Both the position numbers and the translations under genes were made by a program. A stretch of 64,000 nucleotides of DNA from Octopus sinensis (taxonomy: Eukaryota), in NCBI RefSeq assembly GCF_006345805.1, contig NC_043024.1:3658001-3722000 (forward strand). The letters run 5' to 3'. Under the pieces are notes generated by a model. That model ran no database searches. It saw only the letters and a program-made list of their open reading frames with translations, and had not been told where the DNA came from. Shown here piece by piece: positions 1 through 13,639 of this stretch; position 1 is the first letter of the stretch, and every line of letters begins with the position of its first letter.

Positions 1-773
1 GTAAAACTTTGGCCTAAAGTAAGCATGTGGTTTGACCACCTTTCCACCCACACTCACACACACATACGCAACTACAAATTTCTAAATACACAAAGTACAT
101 AGAAATCCAAATATTTATGTATGTGTGTGTGTGTGTATATACATATATATATATAAGCATAATTAAATCTCAGAATGAGATTGAAACAGTAATCGCTCGA
201 TAATGTAAAGTATAGAAGCCATCTTATCATGGCTAACCACATTGGGGAGGGGGTGTTACTGTAGCTTTATAGCCCCAAGAGATCTTCCGCTGGCTTTAGA
301 CACAATATCAGTGTCCTTGGAGTATTTGCAAAGGGAGGCCATCCCTTCCTCGCAAGCCTGAGTGATACGCTCGAACTAGTTTCGGGATGGTTGTCCCTCG
401 TCAACGGGCGGTAACCACCAGGTCGCGATGAAAGTGAAGGCTGCTTTGCAAACATATATAAGTTTTTCTAATGGCGTCTACCACTGATATATATATATAT
501 ATATATATATATACATGTGTGTATATGCATACATATATATATGTATATATATGTAACGGGAAGGTTTACGAAAATAAGCAAAAGACAAAGGCAGGTGGAG
601 TACAAACAAACAAATGTATTAGTATAGTGCTCAGGAATAGAAATAGAACAAGTCTTTTACGTTTCGAGCCTACGCTCTTCGACAGAAAGATACACAGAAA
701 AAAACAAGGAGAGAAAAAGATGCGTGTAGGAGCTAATGGTCTATCATGGCGTTCTGAGTATATATGTGAGTAT

Positions 774-804
<31 letters not shown>

Positions 805-817
805 TATATATATATAT

Positions 818-931
<114 letters not shown>

Positions 932-980
932 GTGTATGTGTGTGTGTGTGTGTATATGTATGCACATATATATATATATC

Positions 981-1480
981 AATCATCATCATCATTTAGT
1001 GTCCGCTTTCCATGCTAGCATGGGTTGGACAGTTCAACTGGGGTCTGGGAAGCCAGAAGGCTGCACCAGGCCCAGTCTGATCTAGCAATGTTTCTATGGC
1101 TGGATGCCCTTCCTGACGCCAACCACTCCGTGAGTGTAGTGGGTGCTTTTTACGTGCCAGATTAGGCTGGCAAACGGCCACGATCGGATGGTTCTCTTAC
1201 GTGCCACCGGCACTGGTATCACAGCTACAATTTCCATTGATGTTGATCGATTTCGATTTTGATTCTGAATCTCACTTGCCTCAACAGGTCTTCACAAGTA
1301 GAGTTTTGTGTCACAAGAAGGAAAGGTATGCATAAGTGGACTGGCTACATCCGAGGTAGAGGCCACGGGTTATGGTCTCTCTAGTCCTGCCGGGTCTTCT
1401 CACACACAGCATACTTCCATAGGTCTTGGTCTCTTGTCATTTCCTTGGTGTAACCTAAAGTTTGAAGGTCGTGCCTATGT
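981..1480 (-). mobile_element. RTE LINE 3' end fragment with (GAT)n tail
   Basis: Homologous to 15228-15890 and 22020-22217. Confidence 0.8.
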
Positions 1481-1974
1481 GTGCATTTTTTTAAAATTTA
1501 CAATACACAACATCAGAATCCATCAGAAAATGATAAAGTTTATTACAACTATGGGATGTAGAGGCCTTCAACAAATCTTTTTTATTATTTGGATTATCAA
1601 ATACTTACTGTAAGACCACAGAAACATCTAGAAAGGAATAAGAAGAAAATAAGACAGATGATAGTCTTTTGTTTGAAATGTTTGAGACTAGCAAAAATTT
1701 TGGATTTTGGACATTTTTTTTTAAATGATTGCATACTATTTAAAATGGAACAGTTTAGCTGTGTAACCCAAATATAAATACATTCTCCATTACATTGCAT
1801 ATTCCATTGCACACATCTGGGATGTTTTGCTCTTAACCAAAACAAATCCGCCTATAACAGTTTCACTTCAACTTGTCGACCGCATAAAACAGCCAAACAA
1901 CCTTTTCAGTTGTTATTCACATCTACAGCACCTCTCTTTATATGTGTGTGTGTGTATAATAATAATAATAATAA

Positions 1975-2412
1975 TCATCATCATCATCATCGTTTAACAT
2001 CCACTTTCCATGCTAGCATGGGTTGGACGATTTGACTGAGGATTTGCAAGCCAGATGGCTGCACCAGGCTTCAATCTTGATCTGGCAGAGTTTCTACAGC
2101 TGGATGCTCTTCCTAACGCCAACTACTCCGAGAGTGTAGTGGGTGCTTTTACGTGCCACCAGCATGGGGGCCAGTCAAGCGGTATTGGCAACAACCTCGC
2201 TCGAATGCTTTTTTCATGTGCCACCGGCGCGAGTGTCAGTAAGATGATGCTGGTAACAATCACGCTCAAATGGTGCCTTTTATGTGCCACCGGCATGGAA
2301 GCCAGTTAGCCGCTCTGTCAACGATCACGCTCGGATGGTGCTCTTAGCACTCCACTAGCGCAGATACTAGTCATCGAATTTGATTTCGATTTCACTTGCC
2401 TCAACAGGTCTT
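1975..2412 (-). mobile_element. RTE 3' UTR fragment with repeated GTGC-N-GGTGGCAC-GTAAAAAG-CACC units
   Basis: Same 3' UTR; further copies at ~6435-6660(+), 11080-11345(+), 30870-30990(+), 46063-46455(+), 56370-56660(-). Confidence 0.8.
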
Positions 2413-2428
2413 CAATAACGACAACGAC

Positions 2429-2469
<41 letters not shown>

Positions 2470-4599
2470 TAATAATAATAATGGTTTCAAATTTTTCCAC
2501 AAGGGCAGTGATTTTGGAGGAGGGGGTGAGTCAATTACATTGACCACAGTGTTCAAGTGGTATTTATTTTATCAACTCTGAAAGGATGAAAGGCAAAGTT
2601 GACCTCAAAAAATTTGAACTCAGAACTTAGTAACAGGTAAAATACCACAAATCATTTCACCCAATGTGCTAACGATTCTGCCAGCTTGCAGAAACATAAA
2701 GACAGACGAAATGCTACTAAGTATTTGCTCAGCTTGCTACTGATTCTACTAGCTCACCACCTTAATAATAATGACGATAACAACAACGATGATAATAATA
2801 ATAATAAAAATCATGATAATAATAATATTTACGATTTCTTTTATTGACAACCAGAAGACAATATCAAAGGACAAGTTAGAAAAACAGGTGGGGTTAACAT
2901 CAATGAAAGGGAGACACTACAACAGTAAGGGATATAACAAAAGATGTACATAAATAGAATTTAGAGAAATAAATGATTAATAAATAAATAGAATTTCCAA
3001 TAGCTGTGCAGTTCATTTAGGGTAATTTGGGGGTAAACCCCATGCAAAAGTCTCAGATTATTCTGCCGTCTCCAAGGCATGGGAGGTGTGTACTTTTCTA
3101 GTTTTTTACTCCTGCTTAGAATAGCATATTCAGAGCTGGTCCATTTGGTCTCACCAGTCTTTCCATGTTTAACCACCTTTTGATAAATATTCTAGAAGGT
3201 AGCATCTCCCTCTCTACTCTCACCTTCCTCTTCAAATAATATTTGAAGAAATTGATGTGGGCTTAGCCTGATAGGCTGTCTTCAAACCTTTCAGATGGGT
3301 CAACCACACAGCTTCTTTTGCCACAGCCACTAAGCAGAGAAAGATCTGCCTTCCTTCTCTGCTAAAAGAAGATGGTGTGTCAATCTTCACTACACACAAT
3401 CTTCACCTAATGATTCTGCCAGCTTGACACCTTAATAATAATCCTTTCTACTATAGGCGCAATGCCTGAAATTTTGGAGGAGGGGACCAGTCGATTAGAT
3501 CGACCACAGTATACAACTGGTACTTAATTTATTGACTCCGAAAGGATGAAAAGCAAAGTTGACCTAGGTGGAATTTGAACTCAGAACATGACGACAGACG
3601 AAATAACGCTAAGCATTTTGCTAAATGACTGACTGATATGATAGATAGATAGATAGATGAGAGCACGGGAGAGAAGGAGAAAGAGAGAGATAGAGAGATA
3701 GATAGATGAGAGCGCAGGAGAGATAGATACATAAATAGAGAGAGAGAGAAAGTATTTAAGAATTAAATTAAACATTCTTGTTATATTTTTCTCTCAACGT
3801 GAGATGAACCAAATGTCTGCAATCATTTATTTACAAACAGAAAATTGAAATATTTGTCTTGTTGAAAGAAAACTGTCCTGGTTAATGCATGTGTATTTGT
3901 ATGTGAGTATGTGTGTGTGTGTGTGTGTGTGTGTTGAAAGTACCCTGGCAAAATGTATTTTTATCCTAAGATCTATGAAGGAGTCCACCAAAGCAATGCA
4001 AGGCGCACGCGCGCACACACGAATATACACACATACATATATATGTGAATGTGTATGCTTGTATGTATGTATGTATGTATGTATGTATTAAAACAAACGT
4101 TAAAATATATGGGTGCATGTATCTATGTGTGTGTGTTTAAGTTAATATATATTTTTAAATAAATAAATATAAATATATATATGTCATATATCCGGCATAA
4201 GTTACTTTGAATTCAGTTAATATACGCAATAAACAAACAACTATAGACATACATACATACATATTTGAGAAATTAGGCTTCTCAAAACCAGAAAGGAGAA
4301 AGCTAATTCAAAGACTACAGATCCAATCCATCACTGGAACTGTAAAAATCTGTAAAACTTTCCAGAAGTTTATCATTTAAATATATATGAGCATATCTAG
4401 ATATGCAATTATATACATAAGAATACATGCATAAAACATACAAATCCATACATACATACATACAAACAAACAAAAATACCCTGTTGCTGATATTTAATTT
4501 CCAATGAAGAAGCCTTGGATCTAGGTTAGAAACCAGTTCTTCCTCTATTGGTAAGAAATCTTGAAATAAACTGTATAATGACATACATACTTTGATAGG

Positions 4600-5245
4600 T
4601 TTCGACCAATATTGGCCCAGGCCATATCTAACTTAATAGCACTTTCTGGCAAAGTCATTCAAATCAGGAATCGGACAATATGGCCCACTCAACTAGCGAG
4701 TTATTGTTTACGGAGTCATATCCAGGTGTAGGAGGTTTATCTGGGATTTTTTTGAGGAATTTGTCCAAAGACTTCTTGAAATTTATGGGGTCTGTTTCTT
4801 CTTTCATGTGTTTTGGTGTAATGTTAATGAGAGCGGGGCCAATTGAGGTGAAATAATTGTGTTGTATTGTTGTTATGTGATGCGAGTATGATTTTTGTTG
4901 TGGGCGGATAACAAGGGGTCCAAGTCTTTTGTGTATCTTAAAGGCAATACCAACATCATTTGGGCAATGCTAATGGAATATTTTCCACATCATGCAGATG
5001 ATGTAGCACTCATGGCAGCGTTAGAGAGAGTAAAGCTGGAGCTTTTCTAGTTGACCCCAATAGTCAAGGCCTGTCATGCCATCTATCTTTTTTTGTAATC
5101 GACCTTTGAGGTGCTTCAATTTCCATGATACTTTGTTTCATGTTGGGAGACCACTGTGGACAACAGTATTCAAGATGGGATCGGGAAAAAGTGGAGAAAC
5201 AAAGGATAATGGTATAGATATCTCTCGACTGGAAAGTTTAGAAGA
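4600..5245 (-). mobile_element. Degraded CR1-like LINE 3' fragment
   Basis: Minus-strand translation RSHLEYCCPQWSP...QRSITKKIDGM..LDYWGQLEKLQLYSL...FKKSLDKFLKKIPDKP with stops. Confidence 0.75.
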
Positions 5246-5815
5246 GACATACATACATACATGATGGCCATTCACTCATGACTGAGGAAAAGCATTACTG
5301 ACCCTTTAGGAACATTGTGTGGTCAAGACTACCTTATACTTCACACTTGCAGCTCTGTTGGAGACTAACTAGCCCTGTTCCTGACAAACATACATGGCTG
5401 CAAACATTGCAGACCAAGCTTTCCCTATTCATTACACTAGCCCAGTTAGAATTTCTTCAGGTTGGGTAGCCCATCCCACTCAGAGATCCCTGAATAAGGG
5501 TTGTTTAAGGATGTTGAACGAAACACCCATGTTTCCAGAGGTGAACTATTCAAACCCCAAACAATCCCTCTCAATACATGGCTATGATTCTCCCCCACTA
5601 CTTCTGCTCGTGATAAGAGATGCACATATCGTCAGCCACTAAGAGACATGCTTAACTGGTTAAGGTCAAACAGCTGACAAGCAAATCTGTGGTATTGAGC
5701 AGAATATTTGCTGTAGCCCATCTTTTATAGCAAGACAAAACAATGTACATGATAACACTTCGAATCAGTTAAGATCAGAAGCCATGAGAGCCACTGTCTG
5801 GTACTGCACCAGGGA

Positions 5816-5867
<52 letters not shown>

Positions 5868-7781
5868 TTATAAAGATTCATGTAACTCTTCGCGAAAGTA
5901 AATAGGCACGATGCGATCTGTATTAGAGACTGATTATTTAACTCATTGAACAGTTTTTTGGCAGATTGTCTTCTGGTTCAACATGTAAAGTGAAAAAAAC
6001 AGCAAAAATACAGAAATTCAAAATATGAACAAGGAAATCCTGTGTTCTTTCCAGATAAAATGACATCATCAGTTTCCACTTTCATAACTGGTAAAAGGAA
6101 AAAGAAGAAAGAAAAATGCTAAAAAGTAGAAAAGGAAAAAGAAAAAGAGAAAAAAAACAGGAAAAAAAATACTTAGTCAAAGAGTTTTAATGAACTTCAC
6201 CTATAATTTTAGTCATTCCTCCAGGGTGTGATGCTAGCAATTCACAAATATATTTGTTCTCATGAATTTTGAAGATTGAAAGTAGAGTCAGAATATTTTC
6301 TGAGAATGGGCACTTTCAGATGTTCCTCAAAATTGCAGCCGTTCGATGTAAAATATTCGGCAAATTCCATTGAATCACTGCTGTCATACCTATGCACGTC
6401 ATACCTATGCACATTGAATCTTTTATTCTTTTGAGCATGGCTATTGCCAGTACCGCCTGACTGGCCCTCAGGCCGGTGGCACGTAAAAGCACCCACTACA
6501 TTCTCGGTGTGGTTGGCGTTAGAAAGGGCATCCAGCTGTAGAAACTCTGCCAGATCAGATTGGAGCCTGGTGCAGCCATCTGGTTTGCTAGTCCTCAGTC
6601 AAACCGTCCAACCCATGCTAGCATGGAAAACGGACGTTAAACGATGATGATGATGATGACTTTCTGTTTTATAAATCAAGTTGTGTTTGGTGCATTCTGC
6701 TGCGTATACCAAATGGGAATCTTTACACGTCCCACCTTTTGTATAACTCAACATTTCTGTTATGATTTGTGATGGAACTGACTTGACCCATGTTGTTTGC
6801 ACAACGAACAGGGCTTACCTCTCTTGTGGCTGTCTTTCGAGTTACAATGTCCAGAAAATCCAATGTTTTCTTGGGGTTAGAGGTAGTAGTTAATAGTTCT
6901 CATATTTTTATTGTATCTAAATGTTACAATAGGTACAGAAGTAGAAAACTGATTTATGGTAACCATGGATGTTTCTTCACTATTCGTCAATATTGATCAT
7001 GATGAGGAAGTGGAAGTATACAGGAATGCCTTTGAAAAACGGTCAAACAAATCGACCCCAGGACTTATTCTTTGTAAGCCTAGTACTTATTCTATCGGTC
7101 TCTTTTGCTGAACCGCTAAGTTACGGGGACGTAAACACACCAACATCGGTTGGGGGGACAGCACAGACACACAAACGTTACACACACACACACACATACA
7201 TGCATACATATATACATATATACATATGACGGGCTTATTTCAGTTTCCATCTACCAAATCCACTCACAAGGCTTTGGTCAGCTATAGTAGAAGACACTTG
7301 CCCAAGGTGCCATGCAGTGGGACTGAACCTGTCACCATGTGGTTGGTAAGCAAGCTACTTACCACACAGCCACTCCTACACCTACTTGAGAAGCAGTTAA
7401 ACGGTTATGATATAAAATTTATTATTGAAAATATTTAACGTTTATCAAAGTATTTAAATATATAAAAATATAAAGGTCGAAACGTAAGCAAGGGTGTAAA
7501 AATATGTTTGAGGAGAGTAATTTTCATGAAGCAATACAATTCAGGCCAGCACTTAATACTTCATAAATCCATAAAAAGCTCTTAGGCATAAGAACCTATG
7601 GTTTAACCACCCTTGTAATCTCGGTGTGACATCAAAATACCTGTAAACATTTTAAAATCGAGTTCAGTGGTGTTTTGTGATAAGTAACTGATATCATGAA
7701 ATCTTTTACAAGAAATCTTTGAAAGTTAGCTACAGCTGTTCTAGGAACATCAAAATTCTAATTCCAACAGGCTTTCAATCA

Positions 7782-7964
7782 CAGTTCTATATTTAAGAGA
7801 TGAGGAACCATGTACATTACCTACATTATTTACATTCGACAGATAATTGTTCTCATCTTGTTTGTTGTTAACACAATGTTTCGGCTGATATACCCTCCAG
7901 CCTTCATCAGGTGTCTTGGGGAAATTTTGAATCTGGGTTCTCATTCCTAAGGTATTTTTCGATG

Positions 7965-8000
<36 letters not shown>

Positions 8001-8337
8001 GTTCAGGTCACTGCTTGGAACTGAACTTGGAATCTTGGGGTTAGTAGCCTGTGCTCTTAACCACTACGCCATATGCCCGTGGTGTAGTGGTGTAGAGCAC
8101 AGGCTAACCCAAGATTCCAAGTTCAGTTCCAAGCAGTGACCTGAACAATAATAATAATAATATTAATAATAATAATAATGACAACATCGAAAAATATCTT
8201 AGGAATGAGAACCCAGGTTCGAAATTTCCCCAAGACACCTGATGAAGGCTGGAGGGTATATCAGCCAAAACGTTGTGTTAACAAACAAGATGAGAACAAA
8301 TATCTGTCGTATGTAAATAATGTAAATAATATAGGTA
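7782..8337. mobile_element. Palindromic Penelope pLTR-derived insertion with tRNA-like head and hammerhead motif in each arm; 13-bp TSD AGGCTTTCAATCA
   Basis: ~260-bp inverted arms centred ~8075; TSD at 7769-7781 and 8338-8350; same sequence follows a PLE endonuclease remnant at 43420-43910. Confidence 0.8.
8234..8279 (+). ncRNA. Minimal type I hammerhead ribozyme motif (G12>A in this copy)
   Basis: gacac-CTGATGA-a-ggctg..cagcc-(a)AAA-cg-tt-gtgtt; the mirror copy at 7870-7915(-) keeps GAAA but has G>A in stem III. Confidence 0.65.
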
Positions 8338-9153
8338 AGGCTTTCAATCAGTTTTGATAAAGTTAACGAAGTGTCCTTAACATAAACTACAACAGTTTTC
8401 TGGTTGTATCAATACGGATCATACTTGTATATAGTGTCTGGTACAGCAGAAACCTCATATTTTATACGGCCAATTATATGGTGCAATGAAAGTTAGGAAG
8501 ATGGTAACAGAATCTTCATGTAGCAAATACTTGGCTGTCTGATTTTTCAATTACCATCATAGTGCACAAGTTGCTTTTGCCGTTGAAATGTTTATCAATA
8601 ATGGTGAACGAGAGGGAGTTTTGCTGTACTCAGGAGAGCATTTTTAATTAAATATTTTAGAACAATGCGACGATGTAACCTTTTTCTCTTTACCCTTCTT
8701 TCTAACTTTAAAATGTTTGCTATAATATCGAGTAATTGTTGCTTTGAACAACTGTTGATTCAATAAATTATTGTTTGCATCCAGCTGTTTTAAATTATAT
8801 TTCATTCAACTGCTTTTGATAAATTAACACCAAACTATGGCGTGTCCACACGTCCAGTAATTACTCCATCTGTTCAGACATTTATATACGTATTTAATAT
8901 TATCCACTTATTCCATTATCCATTTACTCTGTTCACTGTTTTATATTATCGACAATTGTATCTAGAGACAATTATGTATTTTGTTGTTACAATTATGTAC
9001 ATACACGTGTATTAACCGATGTCAACGGCATCAATGAGAAAGAAAAATAGTGGAGCTGAATGAACCAACAAATTCAATGTATTTATTTCCTTGTCATCTG
9101 CTCTACTGAGTGACAAATATATATCTACACATTATTCATTTTATTATATAAAA

Positions 9154-9666
9154 CTAGCAGTATCGCCCGGCGTTGCTTGGGTTTGTAAGGGAAATAACTA
9201 TATAAGCATTTTTAGAGAGTTACTTCCCTTATAGATGCCAATTCGGGCTTTCTTAGCCATTTCTGTTTTGGTGTCTTCAAGCCATGAAGTCGTTGTTCTA
9301 AAAGAACGCTGGTCTCCTTGACAACGCTTTACGACGTTGATTTCCTTACACTCCCTTCCCCACAGCTTCACGAGGGAGGGAAGAAGGGGGAGAAGCAAAC
9401 AGGTGCAGGTGTGACCATGGACGCCAACTCCGCCGCCATCGACACACGAAAAATTATGCATTAAAATGGAATAAAAAATGATGTTAAATTATTTTTTAAA
9501 TCGTAGACTCATCGTAGACGCGCGCTAATACTCAGACGGGCTCGATATGAATCACGACTATAAGATACCCGAATTTGGTTAAACTGCACCGCAAAATGTG
9601 GGAGTAGTTAGGAATCTAAATCGAAGGGGACAGACACTCACACAACTACAGTTTTATATATATAGA
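9154..9666 (-). mobile_element. Non-autonomous Helitron
   Basis: On the minus strand: 5' A|TCTATATATATAAAA and 3' subterminal hairpin (cccaagcaacgccggg) + CTAG|T. Confidence 0.75.
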
Positions 9667-11354
9667 TATTAAGCTTTACGTTTTGGTTAACGGATGGATA
9701 TATTTATTGACAATACTTTCTATACGTTTAAGGCGGCGAGCTGGCAGAAACGTTAGCTGCGTTCTGAGTTCAAATTCCGCCGAGGTCGACTTTGCCTTTC
9801 AGCCTTTCGGGGTCAATAAATTAAGTACCAGTTACGCACTGGGGTCGATGTAATCGACTTAATCCCTTTGTTTGTCCTCAATGTGTTTAGCCCCTTGTGG
9901 GTCGTAAAGAAACAGGTATTTCGTCAGTCTTTATGTTCTGAATTAAAAATATCCGTGGATGTTGACTTTGCCTTTCATCCTTTAGGAGTTGATAAATTAA
10001 GTACCAGTTACGTACTGGGGTCAATCTTATCAACTGGCCCCCTCCCCCCAAATTTCGGGCCTTGTGCCTAGAATAGAAAAGAATACTTTACATATGTTTA
10101 CAAATCAAAAGGGCCACCCTTTGCATTCATCTTAGCCCTTTATTCTTTACACCAACCAGTATCAAAATTACCACCTATTTTCAATTCTACAATTTGTTCA
10201 CATTTTATTTGAGCTGTGACGTTTAATTAAGGGTAAACAATGAAACAAAAGAATGTTAGGAAGCCCTATACAACATTTGCAACTATTTGTGTGTTTAAGA
10301 ATGTTTCAATTTATGTTTGAATAACGGATAGGCACAGGCGTGACCGTGTGGTAATTCCTTCCCGACCGGTTCCTTCAAATATATGATGAAGTGCTCCGCC
10401 TTGCTACCATCCAGATGCTTCGAAGAAGTGAGGAGCTTGGTCAGGCAGAAAAGAAAGTAGTTGTATTTTTGTAAGAGGTTTATTGCCTGAATAGGTTTTT
10501 TGAACTAGAAAAATGTAAGAGCATTATTGCCTCGTAAATGTGGTTTTGTTTTTGAAATGTGCAAGAGGTTTATTGCCTCGATGTGCCGTTTATAATGGAA
10601 CAATGTTTCAGAGAAGCGAAAGTCGATGGGCGCTTTTCATCTTTTCTCATCCTTGTATCATTATCACTCATCTCATTAATGTCCGTGTCCAGCCTGCAAG
10701 CTTCTCTGTGTACTGCCCTTGTGGCAAATTAAATGAAATAAAGAAATTTCCTTCCCAATCACATGGTTCTGGGTTTAATCCCTCTGCGTAGAACCTTGGG
10801 CAGGTGTCTTCTACTATAACCTCGGGCTAGTTAAAGCTTAGTGAGTGGATTTGGTAGATGAAAACTGAAAGAAGCCCGTCGTATATGTATGTATGTATGA
10901 GTGTGTGTGTGCGTGTATGTGTGCATGTGCATGCATATATGTGTGTACACGTGTGTGTGTCTGCATGCTTGTGTCTGTCCCCCGCCATCACTTGACAACT
11001 GGTGCTGGCCTGTTTACGTCCTTGTAGCTAGCGGTTCGGCAATACAGACTGATAGAATAAGTAACAGGTTTAAACGCTGGGTTGGCTCCTGTGCAGGTGA
11101 CACGTAAAAAAGACCATTTGAGTGTGGCCGTTGCCAGTACCGCCTGATTTGCGTTCATGCCGGTGGCATGAAAAAGCACTCTCAGAGTGGTTGGTGTTAG
11201 GAGGGCATCAACTGTAGAAACTCTGCAAGATCAGATTGGAACCTGCTGCAGCCATCTGGCTCAGCAGTCCCCAGTCAAACTGTCCAACCTATGCCAGCAT
11301 GGAAAGCAGACCTTGAACGATGATGATGATGATGATGATGATGAAGAAAATGAA

Positions 11355-11662
11355 TATTTGCTGGTAGGCTGCGATTTGGCACAGTAGAGATAACTCTCTC
11401 AAAGCATTGGGTGTTAAAACACCTGAAGGTTGTGGACAGGTGAGATAACTCACCTCTGACCCCATTCAAGAGTGATGGACATCAATGTCTCACCATTTCT
11501 GTGGCTTTTCAGCCACAAAAATGATGAAACAGCAATGTACATTACTCCTGAATGAGATATGGGGTGAGTTGCTTCACCTATCCATGACTCTCAGGTGTTT
11601 TAACACACGGCACCTAGAGAGAGTGGTCTCCACCATGCTAATTCGCAGCCTACTGGCAAATA
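11355..11662. repeat. Imperfect inverted repeat (MITE-like); related sequence at ~63700-63890
   Basis: gggtgttaaaacacctga / tcaggtgttttaacac arms. Confidence 0.65.
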
Positions 11663-11757
11663 CACAGGGTCAGTGCATTCAATAAATGTAGTCGATAATG
11701 TTTATTACGCTAGCATTGCTTCTATTTCGTATTTGAATATATATATATATAATATTA

Positions 11758-12015
11758 TTTTGGGTATCGAAGAGATACCGCCACACTGGAAATAGCAGCC
11801 AAAACCTGACCCTAAAACCACATTAAATCTTCATACAGCACCAGGAGAGAACACAAAAAGACAAAATAAAGTAGCAAAAATTACTGGATAATTTGCTAGT
11901 TTATTTTGTCTTTTTGTCATTTCTCCTGGTGCTGTATGAAGATTTAATGTGGTTTTAGAGTCAGGTTTTGGCTGCTATTTCCAGCGTAGCGGTATCTCTT
12001 TGATAACCTAAATTA
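11758..12015. repeat. ~255-bp near-perfect palindrome (MITE-like foldback)
   Basis: ~125-bp arms centred at ~11885. Confidence 0.85.
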
Positions 12016-12064
12016 AAATTTTAATAATAATCATTATTTTGAAGGTTTTTATTCCCATGCTGGC

Positions 12065-12083
12065 CACTTGTTTGGTATATAAA
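12065..12083 (+). promoter_or_regulatory. Candidate COX core promoter: E-box-like CACTTG plus TATATAAA
   Basis: TATATAAA at 12076-12083 preceded by CACTTG, ~210 bp before the putative start ATG; the AT-rich context lowers specificity. Confidence 0.4.
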
Positions 12084-12293
12084 TTAATGATCTTATTCTT
12101 ATTTATATATATTTATATATATATATAATCATTCTTTTATAAATTTCCGTATTATAACAAACATTTCTTATTCTAATTTCTTTGTTCCCAGATTTTCTCA
12201 GAGGAAAAACAAAGAAACAAAGAAACAAAAAAAAAACAAGAAGAAAAATACAACAAAAAACCAAAGTCAAGGTAAACAAACCAGGAACGGAAA

Positions 12294-12345
12294 ATGATTT
12301 TAATCTACGCAGTATCTCTAATAATGCTGACGGCATTGGTAAATG
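12294..12345 (+). CDS. PTGS: Cyclooxygenase coding exon 1 (signal peptide MILIYAVSLIMLTALVN)
   Basis: ATG plus 17 mostly hydrophobic codons, then G|gtaatt donor (phase 1). It joins exon 2 in frame (G+CT=Ala). The 52 nt coding length equals that of human PTGS2 exon 1 as recalled. TATA box lies ~210 bp upstream. Assigned on properties, not sequence homology. Confidence 0.72.
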
Positions 12346-12392
12346 GTAATTATGAATTGCTTTTAATTTTAATACTAATTACTTGTAGTAAC

Positions 12393-12690
12393 TGGAGGTA
12401 CATGGCCTAGTGGTTAGAGCAGCGGACTCGCAGGTTCGAATCACAGACCAGGCAATGTGTGTGTGTTTATGAGCGAAACACCTAAGCTCCATGCGGCTCC
12501 GGCAGAAGGTAATGGCAAACTTCTGCTGACTCTTTCGCCACAACTTTCTCTCACTCTTTTCTCCTGCATCTTGCAGCTCACCTGTAACGGACCAGCATCC
12601 TGTCCAGGTGGGGAACCTATATGCCAAGGAAACGGGAAAAACGGCCCTAATGAGCCAGGCGTGGCTCGAGAAGGAACAAACAAAAAACAG
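12393..12690 (+). mobile_element. tRNA-derived SINE family C at the start of COX intron 1
   Basis: tggcctagtggttagagc...ggttcgaatc head; related copies at ~44563-44790(+) and 46860-47165(-). Confidence 0.7.
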
Positions 12691-13639
12691 TAGTAGTAGT
12701 TGTAGTAATAGTAGTGGTGGTGGTAACAACTATATTTTTTCTTTTAATATTTATAAGCAACAGTTCCGACATTGTCTGGGCAAGTGGCTTAGGGCTGGCC
12801 AATGCCTTATATGTGGCATTTGTTTGACAGAAATTGTGCAGATACCTGTGGTGGTGGTGGTGTGGTGGTGTGTGTGTGTGTGTGTGTGGTGTGTGTGTGT
12901 ACATACATACATACATACATACATATGTGTGTGTACATACATACATATATATATAAAGATATTATTATTAATAAAAATAACAATATAAGTGGCTAGCAAG
13001 CATAAAATAACCATAAAGGTGAAATTATTAATTTATAATCAGGGTAGAAGATAGTAGACAGCATTGCTAGAAATCTCTATGTATATAAACGGCAAAATGT
13101 CTGTGTGTGTGTCCTTTATACAAATCCACAATTTTTCAGTTAGAAGGCTCGCACTTTCTATGATCATTCAAAATCGCCCAAGGGTAGTCGTGCACATCTT
13201 TACATTTCCCCAGTCACCCTGTAAAGCCATTAAAAAATCAATAGAAGTGACTTTTTTGTGAATTGCTGGGTCATAGTGCTTGTAAGAAATAAAATGCACA
13301 CACACACATATATATAGGCACAGGCGTGGCCAGGTGGTAAGAAGCTTTCTTCCTAACCATATGGTTCTGGGTTCAGTTCCACTGTGTGACACCTTGCACA
13401 AATGTCTTCTACTATTGCTTCAGGCTGACCAAAGACTTGTGTGTTGATTCGGTAGACGGAAACTAATAGAAGCCTGTTGCATATACATGTGTGTGTGTGT
13501 GTGTGTGTCCGTGTCTGTGTTTTTGTCTTTCACCACCATTTGAAAATAGTGTTGGTGTTTATGTCCCTGTAATTTAGTGGTTCAGCCAAAGAGACTGATA
13601 AAATAAGTACCAGGCTTAACAAAGAAAAAAATTTTAGTC

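Larger units (their letters stand above)
6660..9100 (-). mobile_element. Highly degraded Penelope-like element (RT + GIY-YIG remnants), interrupted by a SINE and the palindromic insertion
   Basis: TCKDSHLVYAAECTKHNLIY resembles the PLE GIY-YIG N-terminus; only weak RT-like remnants upstream. Confidence 0.5.

Noticed and set aside
3040-3400. Possible L1/Tx1-like LINE 3' remnant; also possible retroelement remnants at 33450-34250 and 37130-37430
   Set aside because: Too degraded to assign without a profile search
8000-8080. tRNA gene
   Set aside because: A/B-box-like motifs only, with no intact acceptor stem; repeat-borne tRNA-derived head, as in the SINEs
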